NCBI GenBank assembly: GCA_973895155.1 | Contig: OZ316896.1 | Span: forward strand, 10,675,525 to 10,739,524 | Source of the DNA: Marsupella aquatica | Lineage: Eukaryota; Plantae; Marchantiophyta | Direction of reading: 5' to 3' | Length of the DNA: 64,000 bases | In this document: in pieces, positions 37,322-49,416 of the stretch | Layout: each line of letters starts with the position of its first letter | Numbering within the stretch: position 1 is the first letter of the stretch | Translations under genes and position numbers: made by a program | Notes under the pieces: model-generated | Told to the model about the DNA's origin: nothing | Database searches by the model: none | What the model saw: only the letters and a program-made list of their open reading frames with translations

Positions 37322-37707
37322 CCTGCTCACTCCGCTGTCTCCTCTCTCGTCTACCCTCTCCTCTCGAGCTCAATGTCTGTCCTTGCAAGTTCAAAACTTG
37401 ATTGAATTACGGTGAGTAGCATTCATCGGAGAGACGACAATCTGCTCACTCCGCTCTCGTCTACCCTCTCCTCTCCAGCTCAACTGTTGTCCTCGACAGA
37501 TCCAAACTCAGTTAAATTACGTTGAACAGCATTCAGCGGGGAGACACAATGCCAAAAGGGGAATCATGACCATCCGGCGTTGAACGCAACCTTTCAATCT
37601 GAGAGTCTGAGAGAGGTCTCCGCTCGTCTTTTCTCGAGCTCAACTTTTGCCCTTGAAAGATCCAAACTTAATTGAATTACGGTGAGCAGCATTCAACGGG
37701 GAGACGT
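37322..37707 (-). repeat. Three diverged ~110-120-bp units directly upstream of the EF-G ATG, each with an upstream ATG
   Basis: Shared CTCGTCT...CTC.AGCTCAA....T..CCT...AGATCCAAACT...TT.AATTACG.TGA..AGCATTCA.CGG.GAGAC on +, at ~37345-37436, ~37456-37546 and ~37623-37706. Confidence 0.85.
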
Positions 37708-37970
37708 GCCGAGAGGAGGACCAAGAACATCCGGAGTTGAACACAAGTTTTTCATCTGTGAGTGCGAGAGAGGCCTGGCGAGAGGGATCCTTCTACTCCA
37801 TCTCCGACTGGAGCTCTCTCTCCATCGCTCTCTCTCTCTCGTACTCCTCGCTGCTCCTCCTTCGGTCGCTCCACACACGAGAAGGAAGGAGTACTTTGCT
37901 CCTCCCTCTGTCCCTCCACACGAGAAGGAAGCGAGAAGGAAGGAAGGGAATCAATTGAGGGGTTTGGGTA

Positions 37971-37978
37971 TTAGGGTT
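37971..37978 (-). promoter_or_regulatory. Telo-box-like motif near the putative EF-G transcription start
   Basis: AACCCTAA on the minus strand, followed by a CT-rich leader. Telo-boxes are typical of plant translation-machinery gene promoters. Confidence 0.35.
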
Positions 37979-38201
37979 CTGATTGTGTCCGTCTTTCTGC
38001 GTAGGATAATAGGGCGTCTCAAAACGGATAATTTGATGGGAACTTAACTCCCTCGTTAGGGGTTATGGACACAAAAAATTACAAACTATGCAATTCATAT
38101 TCCTTGGTTTTTGCCATAAGGATGGCCATTACCATCAACCAGTGTACAGGCTGGTGACACAGAAAACAAAACTTCGCCCACTTTCAAGTTACCAAAACAG
38201 G

Positions 38202-38280
38202 TACCGATGTATTTTGACATCCCACAGCTTCGGCAGACCGCTTAGTCCCATTCATCTTCGGCACAAGAGCGCTTGATCAA

Positions 38281-38318
<38 letters not shown>

Positions 38319-38447
38319 GGCAAACCTCCTGGCTGTCTTTGCACTCCTACCTCCTTTACCACTTAGCGGTCATTTAGGGGCCTTAGCTGGTGATCTGGGC
38401 TGTTCCCCTCTCGACAATGAAGCTTATCCCCCACTGTCTCACTGGTC
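38202..38447 (-). pseudogene. rrn23: Nuclear plastid DNA (NUPT): ~245-bp fragment of plastid 23S rRNA
   Basis: The minus strand reads CAGTGAGACAGTGGGGGATAAGCTTCATTGTCGAGAGGGGAACAGCCCAGATCACCAGCTAAGGCCCCTAAATG...GACAGCCAGGAGGTTTGCCTAGAAGCAGCCATCCTTGAAAGAGTGCGTAATAGCTCA..., i.e. plastid/cyanobacterial-type 23S domain II including helices 42-44. Confidence 0.92.
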
Positions 38448-38648
38448 AGAAAATATTGAGTAATATATATTTTTTCTTATCGAGAAAATGAAATAATTGG
38501 TATTTCTAATATTTTTTTACGAACAAAATATTAATTTGTAATCAAAATAGTTAAATTTTGATTACAGAGGATCTATTGACAGTCAGTAGTAAATTAAGTA
38601 AAATAAAAATAGGAAATTAAGCCCCCGTCGTCTAGTTGCCCAGGACAT
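38448..38648 (+). pseudogene. trnE: NUPT: plastid trnE upstream spacer with sigma70-type promoter and truncated trnE(UUC) 5' end
   Basis: Very AT-rich, with a 12-bp stem-loop at 38537-38566 and TTGACA (38576-38581)-17 nt-TAAAAT (38599-38604). GCCCCCGTCGTCTAGTTGCCCAGGACA at 38621 resembles the 5' acceptor/D arm of plastid tRNA-Glu, then breaks off. Confidence 0.7.
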
Positions 38649-38742
38649 AAAACTTTTACATAACCTTGTGAAAAAGGTAAGACCATTTCTTTATGGTCGA
38701 ATGCCATCAACCATAATGTCAAAGCTTTGAGATGCCCTCATA

Positions 38743-39033
38743 GGGCATGTCAAAACACAACCAACGGCAACACAACCAAGGCGAGGAAGGAAGCATAGAA
38801 ACTCTCTTATGGCCAGGAGATAACTCATTAGAGGCTACTTAAATACACTCCCCCTGAGAATCTTAGGGTGTATCAAAATACAACCATCAAAAAAAGGTTA
38901 TTGTTGAACATTCTAAGGACATAATATAGTTATGAGAAGTTAATTTAGGTAGCCTGTAAGAAATTATGTTTTGCCATAAAAGAGTTTTATTTCATTGTCG
39001 GTATCCCCCTTATGGTGTTGTTTTGACATGCCC
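38743..39033. mobile_element. MITE (~290 bp)
   Basis: Perfect 18-bp inverted repeat ATAGGGCATGTCAAAACA (38740-38757) / TGTTTTGACATGCCCTAT (39019-39036), read as GGGCATGTCAAAACA TIRs flanked by TA. Non-coding interior. Confidence 0.75.
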
Positions 39034-40459
39034 TATTGATACTCTCGGTAAGGTGTTAGTAGGCTGTGACCAAAAACTATAGTTGGCCTCAGATATGTGG
39101 TTATCATTTTTGGTTGGTTCCCATTTTTACCCCCTGTCCTCAAGGCTACATGTTTGAAGAGGATAATGTCCTGGTTAGAGGGCATTGTGAGATATAATGA
39201 CCCAAAGATGAGGGGGTAGCCCAAGTTGTGAGGGGCATTATTCTTCTAATGACCTAACTAGGACATTAACATGAGTAAAAACTTGAGTGATTTTTCATGA
39301 ACAAGAAAAATGAATCTACAAAATAGAAAATTGAAGTTAAAGGGCTATGCAAGAAGTGACTGTACTCTTTATGTGAGTTTCACAGATTTCCAAAAAATAA
39401 AAATAAATAAATTTGAGTCCTTTGAAACATCTCAAAAATGAACGATCTTTGCTAAAGCGATTGGGTCAGTCCAATATCTTCACAGATGATTTTTTATAAT
39501 ATGAATCTTTGTATAAACCAAATGAAGGAAAGCCACGAATATTACTTTATAACATGCAAGATGACTCCTAGTAAAAGTTGCAAGCAAGTAGACACGCCTT
39601 GGAGAAGATGCACTGGCAGCAACAGCTTCGCAAGGTAAGTTTAAGTTGAGTGAGAACTTATGGTAGCGAGAAATGCTGCTACGTGGTGTTTCTTTTATGG
39701 CCTACTCAAGTAATATTTTTTCAGTGCCACTTATTAGACTAGATGTACTCCTTATGGGATTTTCTCTATTGTATATTTTGTGAATTTGAAATTTATCACA
39801 CCATTAAAATTTTATTATCACTTATTTGATTTCTTTTTAGAATTGCTTTATGTCCACATATGTTTAATTAAATTTCTCTTTTCTGGGCTCCTTGCCTATA
39901 TACTTTTGAGTTTCATATTTTGTATGAGGCCCAACACACAATCATATAATATATCCTTCACCGATATAGCAGGACAGAGATTTGACCTTTGGATCCCATG
40001 AAGGCACCCGAATGTCTTAGGCACTATCGAATGGGAAAATATATGATATTTATAACTAGAACTTCTTGCTATAGACTTCCAATGCTATCTCCACATTGTA
40101 TTTATAGTTTAGTAATTTAACAAATTGTATAGTGCACAAATGATTGTACGACAAAAAATATTTATTAAATTTCATAATAATAATGATAAGACAAGGACAT
40201 GTGATGCATCATAAATTCCTTGACTGTACATATCATATGATAACAAATATCATATTGTAGTATAAGGACATGTGGTGCATAAAGATTGACTCATTCACTT
40301 ATATATCATTCTTAAGGGAACTCATGTATTAGTTTATTCACAAACATTGTGATTGAAAACAATTAGACACTAACTTAAAAAATAACCAATCTATACCAAC
40401 TGAAATACCAATAATTCTTTAACTCAAGGAATACTTTATGAAGTACTGAATGCAGCTAT

Positions 40460-41100
40460 CCAGGTCGGATTGTACTACTGATGGAACTTTGTTCCAGCAT
40501 TTGAAAAGAGCAGAATGCGGCTTCCTACTCTGAATTCCTTGGGAGACTTTCAGGATGGGTGGTATTGTGCCAAACTAACACACATCTCAAAGTCATGATG
40601 AAAATGTGCCACTCTGTGAAGAAAGGCAAACAGATCAAGAAAGTCATTGACCAACTCCAGGTTATCTCAAACCCTGGGAGACTAACGAGAGCCCTATTGC
40701 TATGAACACACAAGATGAAGATGACTCATGTGACCAACACCAAGAAAGGAAGAGATTATGGTTGAGGCCAGGCTAACAGAGACGAAGAGTACCTTAGGTT
40801 GACACATTGTACTAACATGTTATGGAGATGGAGTTACCAACATCAGACTAGACCTAGCCTGGGGTTTTGGGACTCAAGCTGGAATAATTGTACTAGTAGG
40901 TCACACTTTTTAGAGGGTTCCAACTTGCTGATGAACTCGAGGTGGTATAGAATTCAGGCTAGTGTGAAGTTGAATAGCAGGAAGACAAATTGGGATGTTT
41001 TGGGGGCCATTATTCAGTGGCTGTTCTGGATTGTGTGGCATGATTAGTGTGTCAATACTTTTATTTATCATGCACCAATGGCCAAAAATAGAGGACTCAT
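40460..41100 (+). mobile_element. Possible highly decayed L1-type LINE ORF2 C-terminal remnant
   Basis: Trp-rich broken frames ending ...LGAIIQWLFWIVWHD*C..F resemble the W.IW..RN..F C-terminal motif of plant L1 ORF2. Multiple stops. Confidence 0.35.
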
Positions 41101-44070
41101 TCCATATTTGAACAAAAGAACAAAAAGAAACATCAAAATATCATGCAAACCCTGTGCATAGCAACCTCAAGACGGATGGTATGGTAGAAATTCAAACCTG
41201 AAGACGCCATAAGGGAATTCAAACCTGAAGACATTCCCAAGGAATTGAGAGTAGGAAGCCTTGGAATTGAAGTCGTTCCTTGGAATTGAAGTCGTTTATG
41301 AACGCCTTCAAACCTGAAGACGTTCGCAAGGAATTCAGAGTAGAATTCCTTCAAACCTGAAGACAACATAAGTGAATCATATTGTCTTCACTTATGAACT
41401 CGCAATTCGAGCGACATCCGCCATTACTCCGTGGTTCCCCCAATGATATAGTTTGTCATTCAGCATGGTTTGACTCTAAACTTTCCAGTAGATCTTATTG
41501 GTGATAATGTCAAGCTAAAACTCCTTATAGGAACTTTACAAGAACATCTAATGCAAAAGTGTCAGAGGGGGCCTAGTTTGTAACCAAAGTTTCATAAGGG
41601 CCCATCACCTAAGATTCTTTTGGCAGGGGTCCCATCAAGCATATACCTCATTTAGTTGTACTGCATGATAAATAAAAGTATTTTTAGTGACTTTTATTTA
41701 TCACTAAAAGTGTTTCATATGCAAACTTCTCTATTCAACACAAGAAATTAATACACAAGGAAAAAAAAGCAACTAAAAAAAGTTCGTGCTAGAGTTTCTA
41801 GTACAAGTTGTCAAAGAGATGAGAAAATATGTGTTTGTCACATACAAGAGTTTCTCATCAAAAACTATGATGGCCAGGCAAAAGATCAGAAGGCATGCAT
41901 AAATCTCATCAACAAAGGGAACAAAACCACGAAATATTTGTTGGGAAAATGCAATCCACATCTTTAGAATTTGCTAATCAACTTACCTGTACCCATCCTA
42001 AAGTGGTTCTATGCACTCTGGCCGGGATCCTTTTGTATGCCACCTTCAACAACCTTGCCTCCAACATGGTTCACCTACTGTGTAGTAGGGCCCAACCTGG
42101 TTCGCTAGGTTAAGGCATAGCGCCCCCTGTTGCCAAAGTCACCCCTGGTTTCATGGAGCCCTCTCCACATGCCTCACCCCACCAGAACCATAAAAGATAC
42201 ATTGGATACAACCTTCTCACTGGCCAAGATTAAAGAAAGTTGTTTTAGGATGTCGCTGCATACTTGTCCTCATTTACTTCTCATCATGTAAATGTTACTC
42301 CTGTCCATGGGGTTTTGACTATGCTATGCCTAATAAATGAGTTCTTGACCCAATTCATATCCCAACAAGATGTTAGCTTCGCCTTCAAACAAGAAATATA
42401 CAGATTTGGACACATAAGTAGCAAAACTAGTTTCCAATCCCTGAAAGGCGAGAGAAATGACTTGCCTTCAATCTGGAAACTGAGAGGTTTAGATAATAAG
42501 TAGTCCTACTAATTATTAAACCCTGTTGGGTAACAATCATAATGCTGGACTACCTAAGTTTCATACCAAAACTAGTATGTGGGTCCAGCTCAATTCGTTT
42601 TTGGGTGGACCGTGCATTCAATAGAGTGTTGTGTATGGGCTAGATCACATTGTCAAAGTGCATTCAAAGGAGTGTTCTATATATGTAGGCTAGATCAGAT
42701 TGCCAAAGTGCATTGAAAGGAGCGTTATAAATCTGTCGTTTTAAATTCATGTGCATAAAATTTAATTTTGGTAAGAATGATATCTAAAGCTCATCTATAA
42801 TAATAAGAGGATGCCACAAGAAAAATTAGGGCTTGGATTGAATCATTAGTTGTAAATATCTATGATATTATCTTGAGCAACTTAGGTTGAAGATTCAATT
42901 TGTTAATACATGCTAATAAAACAAAATTTGCATCAATGTCCTAATGATCATGGCAAATGGAAACAAAGACAAAAACCATAAGTGTAGAATCATCATAGGT
43001 GTTGGAGAGAGAGGTCATATAGACCAACTTTCATGGGACTATGAACACTTGTTTTCTTGCATGATGTGGATTATGTAATCAATTGTACTTTATGATGTTA
43101 TTTTGTCTTATTATTAAATGTAGGCTCTTTCTCCATTATGTAGAGATTGTAACTAATAAACTGAACAAAAATAGGTTGGATAGGAGATTAGTGATGTTGT
43201 GTTCAATATTAGGGACTAATTTGTTGTGCTTGTGGAGGTTGATTGGAGGTTGAACTCATGACTCTTTTGGTGTGCCTAGGGTGATCATAGTGGGGTTTAA
43301 TAGCATACTTCAGGCTAGGTGGGAGTATCGTTTACAGGAGACATTCAAGCTTGGAGGCGGACATCAAGTGGCAGAGTATTTTTTATATGGCTCTCATCAT
43401 GTGACCCAGGTAGGTTTGTAGCATTGCATGTTTTGTTTAATAATTACAGTTTGTATGGATTTTATTAGTTGTGAAGTGGCCCAATGTCCTTTCAATTCAA
43501 TGGTTGAGCCCCCCTCTTCACCCTTTCTTGAGATGAACATTTTACACTTGGTTGCTAGACAAACTTGGGAGAGTTTACAAATTATTTTATAATCAATAGC
43601 AAGCTCAACTTTTTGACAACACTTGAAATACAGGTTTGCCTTCTTTCTCTTCTCTCCTTATGGTCCAGAAGTGTGATTGCTAATATATTTTGTGATAAAC
43701 CTATTTCAAACATTTGTTCAATTCCAAGATTTCACCTTAGTCAATTGATTTGTGATCATTATTTCTAAATAAAAGATAGTGAAAAGTTCTAATTTGCAAC
43801 ATCAGATCTAAACTTAGTGAACTGTTTGACCTGAAAATTGGAGTTTCATATTTACTTGTAAATACTTTTTCAAATCTTGACAACTGAAAAGATGTAAATA
43901 TTGATACTCTAACTAAGGAATTTTGCTACAAAGAAAGGCATAAGAAGACTTTAGATTGAGAGTTATTTCCTTTTGAAATTCCTTTTCCAATAGAAATAGC
44001 AAAAGCAAGATCAACATTTGATACTACTCTTAACATAACATTGTCTTTACATTAAAAATGAAGAAGATCA

Positions 44071-44350
44071 CAAGTTAAGGCATCTTGGTGCCCACATCCG
44101 GAAGGGTGGTGTACTTTTTGACCCAATTATACCTTTTAAACTTACTAATGTTACAAGTTAAGGCATTCTGGTGCACACATCCACAAGGGTCGGTGTACTG
44201 TTTGACCCCAATTGTAACTTTAAAATTAATAAGGTTACAAGTTAAAGCATTCTGGTGCACACATCCGCAAGGGTCGGTGTACTGTTTGACCTCAATTGTA
44301 ACTTTGAAATTGATAAGGTTATGAGTTAAGATATTAAGGTGCACACATCC
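44071..44350. repeat. Tandem repeat, ~84-bp unit x3.3
   Basis: CAAGTTAAGGCATTCTGGTGCACACATCC.CAAGGGTCGGTGTACTGTTTGACCCCAATTGTAACTTT.AAATT.ATAAGGTTA repeated. Confidence 0.9.
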
Positions 44351-45682
44351 CTAAGTAGGCTTAGCATAACTGAGATTGGGTTAAGACAAAATTGTCATAT
44401 CAATATATTTTTTTAACTCACAATTTGGAGCTAAGTTTGAGCTCCAACTTTAATACTAGATTCCCCAGCTTTCCTCTCTATCCCTTAGAGAATGTTGAGC
44501 CCATTTGGTTGAGTAGAACAAAAATGACTTTTTTTAGAGATCCATGTTAATTTTGGCTTCAACTTAGTTGACCCACATTACTGGCCCATATTTAATAATT
44601 ATTCTTTCCCAGTTTTTGAGTGACAACTAGCATAAATCTAACATGCATGATACTTCTCACACACATTACTATTCTTGCGCACTTCCATTCTCGCACACAT
44701 GACAGTTTTTACACAAACGACATTATTGTGCATCAACCCACATTGCACAACTCTCATCATTGATCAACAAACATCAATGGTTAAGACTAGCTTGTTATCT
44801 TATTTTATTACCCAAAGTACTATCCAAGTTTTTGTTTAAATTTGACATCAAAGAATGTGTATCATTCTTGCAAATGAACCCAACATTTTCTTCAAGGTTG
44901 CCACACGAGTGTCTCGAATGGTCACACGAGTGATACGACACGTTGCACAATCTCCACCATAATAAGTAAAATCCAATGGATAAGAATGAATGGATGACAT
45001 GGAATTTTCTCTGAATTTATAAATTTGCAAGAGTCTTTAACTGGACCGGTAAAAAGTAGCTTTATTAGCAGGTACTGTACTTATCCAGGTTCAAACTTTC
45101 ACCTGGTTTACCAAGGTCCAAAACTCATAAAGTTAAAAATCTAACTAATAAAGTGCAATCAAAAGCTATTCCCTCCCCTGCTGTCGAGTCTCAAGACCAA
45201 GACTCTAAAGTGAGGGCACAAATGACAGTGAAGTGTACACCAAAACTGAGGGTGCAAACTAGAAACAGGGATGGGGGCAAAGATACCGAGGGCAAAGAAA
45301 CAGGAAATAGCAAGGAGTCCTTTTTTGTGCAACTTTTTTCCTTTCTCATCTCTGTTTATGTTCAAAGCAGGGGGAAATAAGGATAGTAAAATAACATCTA
45401 ATTCTAGATTAAACTTAGTTCATATATGCTTTGATTTCCATAAGAGAGTAACAACAGCCAGTAATTGAAACGAGATGCATCCTTCTCTCCAAACATTGCA
45501 TGATCCTTAAAATTGCAGTACGCATCTTCCCATCCAGCATTGACTTCCTTTTTCACAAAACTGTACAGAACATTCCAAGCGACAACTACCAGAGTGACTC
45601 TTCCAAAACCACATTGCTTTTCACAACATACATGACAATTAACAAGTTTGTATCAAGTTTGTATCATAACTCCTCCTCAATC

Positions 45683-48600
45683 CTATTTCTCCAATTTACT
45701 GATGAGTGCATCTAGAGGAGGAAGCTCATTTATCAAATCTTGCCAGTCTGGCATTCCCTGCAAGGAAAAACAAAATCGTTATTATAAGAAGAGTAAAAAC
45801 AAGCGAAGTCCAAAACAAACCAGACCCATATAGTCAGATCTCTCACACCATTCCAGAGAAGAACATCGAAAACTTGCAATGACGAGGGTACTTCAATAAG
45901 AAGTGCACAAAATTTCTAAGTCCCTACGCTACACAAACCATACAGCCCCGTTACAGCAGTTTTGACCCTTGGACAACAGGCTGAACAATGTGTTCGTATG
46001 TATTGCAATCTTTCATTCAAGGCAATGAACATTTCATCTGGCATGAACTTCGACTGGTGTCCAAGGCAATGACCATTCATGTGGCACTTACTCGACCAGA
46101 TTTTCGAACGCGCCCATCAAGGCGAAGCACAATGAAGACATCTGTGCCAGGAGTGACTCCTTCTGACTGTTGTTGATCTCGAATCCACCTGTCCAATCCG
46201 ATACAAATCCAATCAAAACAATCTCACTGTGGAATGAGTTATGAAGATGATGAGCTAAACTTGTCTAAACAAACTGACTTGCATGATCAACGCACGATCA
46301 AGAACCCAACCCCCAGTTTCGTAATTTTATGCCTTCAAGCAATGGACAGAACGAGCTTTGTCATTCTGTTAATGTTTTTCAAGGAAACAGGTCGAATCAG
46401 CCAAGAAGGCGTCTCCTATGACTATCTTCAATGACATACCTTTCCCACTCAATTGGTGAAACTGCCTCAGCCTTAAACTTTCGCTCAGCCTGAATTATTG
46501 CTTTGGCAGCAGCATCTGCAGCGCGCTTCTCAAAATCATCCTGCTCGTGAAAACTGACGACCTTCAGGTGCCAATTCCAGCTCCACACAGAACTGCTGGA
46601 GCCAACACACCGACTCGGGTCTCCAAGAGCTCTATCAATTTAGTATTTTCCACAGACAAGTCTTAGAAAAACATCTATTGGGAGAAAGGACTTACTGCAA
46701 CAGGAGCAGACGAAGACTGCAATGATGGCTTTTCTGAGCTTCCAAATCCCCTTTTCTTGACAGGCTCCACTTTCTCTGAAGACCACACAATGGGAATGAC
46801 AAGTACACCCCTTTTCAACAGCTCTTCTCTAAATCTTTGTGCTTGCTGCATCGCTTTAGTTACAGCCTCTTTTTTGCCTGCAACTATCACCTGCTCATCA
46901 AGATCAGATCCCATCACGTGACAAGAGGGTGCATGAAAAACTCATGCGCGATTACGAATTTAGCTTGTTTACTTCATGGCATTTCCTAGCACCTATAGGT
47001 TTGCTTATAATGAATTCATTGATTTTAAAGTCTACGATTCAACCAGGTCAGCAGAACAAGAAAAAACAAAAGATGCTCCATAGAATGACAAAACGATAGA
47101 CAACTTACAGGCCTAGTATTCTCTCGAATCTGAGAAAGTTCTACAACCCTATTAGTTTGAAGTCTAAGAGGAAGCCTTGAAAGCGTTTCATCTCTGGATA
47201 TCCTTGCGATTTGCTCTTCTTCTTTCTTATTATCCCAGATGAAGAGGGCCACGGAGACAACGATGCCTGAAAAAAACGCAAATTGTCAGCCAACTTTTGC
47301 AAGCTCTGCAATTGTCTTCGCTACTTCTACTCGACGTCTATAGGTAGGGAGTACTGGGTGTTAGAGTGAGATGCAGGTTGCACGTTGTGTTTTTTCGTTC
47401 TGGTTCACTCTCTGCATGCTGTACGATGTGCTAAAGAACCAGGAGAGATGAAGAGGAACAGCGGAGAAGGTGCAGGGGAAACATTACAGAATCTTGTCAA
47501 AGAATGAAATCTGTCATTTTGAGTAAGATTCATATGAGATTCGAATCGGAGCTGTGCTGAGGGAGGGGGTATTCAGAAAATAGCATGATTTTACAGGACC
47601 TAAGAGAAGGTTTTGAGAAAGCTACTCCTCCTGTCCAACAGGTAGGAAAAGTAAAGACAGTATAACCTAGAAACTTTCCTATCCAGAATACCATAGCTGT
47701 GATGATGACAGCTTATGAAAAACCAGGTCCCGAATTTCTTTTGAGCGACCTTCCAGGCAAGTTCAGATCGTCTTGACGATTGAAACGAAGCCAACTAACA
47801 AACCCTACTGGTTTAGCTGGGATACAAGTTACCTCCGAGGTTGATAGCCAGGTTTTGCGATGTCCCAAGAACAGTGGGAGCGCCCTCACCGCCTTGGAGA
47901 GCAAGGACAAGACGTGGAAGAGTGAACAAAGTTGAGAGCCCAGCCGCTAATGTAAAAGCCACATAGAAGAATTTTCGGACACTTCGGAAAGGAGCCTGAA
48001 CTTCACTGATAAGCTTCAAATCCCTTCTAAAACTCTGACCAATTTGCTCCCCTCCCTCCCTTGCCTGCCCACATCAAAGAGCAACAGATAACCTCAGCAT
48101 TTGCCAGGCCTGTTAAGTCCGACGAAAGCATGAACTGGTAAAATGAGGCAGGAGATCACCTCATCCTGAAGCTGTTTAAACTCAGGCAGGGCTCTAAACG
48201 CAGCCATGTCAGGGTCATTCAGAATAACGTTGAACTTGAGGCCATACTCCCCCAGAGCTTGCCGCAAGGCCTTTGCAGCTTTCCCTCCTTCCTCTCTGAG
48301 TCGAGTAAGTAAGAAATCACCAATGAAAGGCACAATCAGAACTGAAATGCACCCTCTGACGAGTAGTTGAACCAAGCATTATAAACGAGAATTGCGTGCG
48401 AAGGAAAAATACACGAGGCCGATTTGCATTGCATTGAATTGCTGCAGTAGTTGACTGGAATGCAAAATCGCCCACCGCATTGACCCAATTTGACATACAC
48501 AACTGCTATGTCCTGAAAGTTTTTGCTCCTGACTCTAACGGTATCTACAATCCCTTCCTCTGCAATCTTAGCTCATAAGAAAATATACAGATTGTTGGGA

Positions 48601-49416
48601 ACGGACTAGAATCATATCAGACCTGACCTGTAGGCATGGCAGCATGCTTTATTGTACAAGGCAGCCTGCGCCTCTTCGGGACTAGGACTCAGTTTCAGTG
48701 CTGCGTCAAATTGTTCCAAAGCATCCTTTACCTGTCGGTTCAATTTCATCATTCACTCACATAATTCAGAAAAGTCAGGAGAAAGCACTTCAGTCAGTTC
48801 TGAAAATATTCTGACATCCCTTGTGGAAATCTTTTGTGAGTTAGAAAGTCATTCCGTCTGGAGCTGCGGATTCGTAGTAGGTGGAAGGATTCCAATTTTG
48901 CTCGTGACAGTTCTGAGTAGAAAAATTCATGGACCTTGGTTTCTTTATGGAAAGTAACTCGAGCTGGATACCAACGAGCCAAGTTATAGAATATTGAATG
49001 CAAGGCAGGCACCTAAGAACTCAGTGACCCAACAAAAACACTGGCGCGAGAGAGGGTCTGGTACAGTACAGTACCCTGCCTTTGGAGAATAGAGACAGGC
49101 CCGATTCGACAGCCTCTTTCGCCGTGGAGGCTGGAAGCACGGGGACGCTGCTTCCAGATGAAATTTGGGTTTTGGAATTCCCTGACCGTCCAGAACTGCT
49201 ATTCATTCTCACCACCATTCGCCTCCTCTTTGTTCCGACCGCAGAGGAGAAGGAGGACTCGTGCCCCTCCACGACATTGATCTGCCGGGTGGTCCATGGC
49301 AGGCCCCTGCAAGGCCAGGAGGACGGAGAAGAGGGACCCAACGAGAGCTGCAGCTGCTGCAGAAAAAGAGCCTGCGGCATGAGGACAGTTTGCGTCATCA
49401 TCGCTCCTCCCACCAT
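45683..49416 (-). CDS. LPA1: LOW PSII ACCUMULATION 1, thylakoid TPR/DUF3493 protein; multi-exon
   Basis: Transit peptide, then STAKEAVESGLSLFSKGR|VKDALEQFDAALKLSPSPEEAQAALYNKACCHAYR, KFNVILNDPDMAAFRALPEF, LKLISEVQAPFRSVRKFF, ISRDETLSRLPLRLQTNRVVEL, VLRLDGRVRKSG and PDWQDLINELPPLDALISKLEK*. ATG could be 49416, 49401 or 49398. Confidence 0.93.

Noticed and set aside
38202-38447. Functional rRNA gene or bacterial contamination
   Set aside because: Only ~245 bp, plastid-type, and embedded between nuclear intron-containing genes and a MITE; treated as a NUPT.
38621-38648. Functional tRNA-Glu
   Set aside because: Only the 5' acceptor strand and D arm are present; there is no anticodon or T arm.
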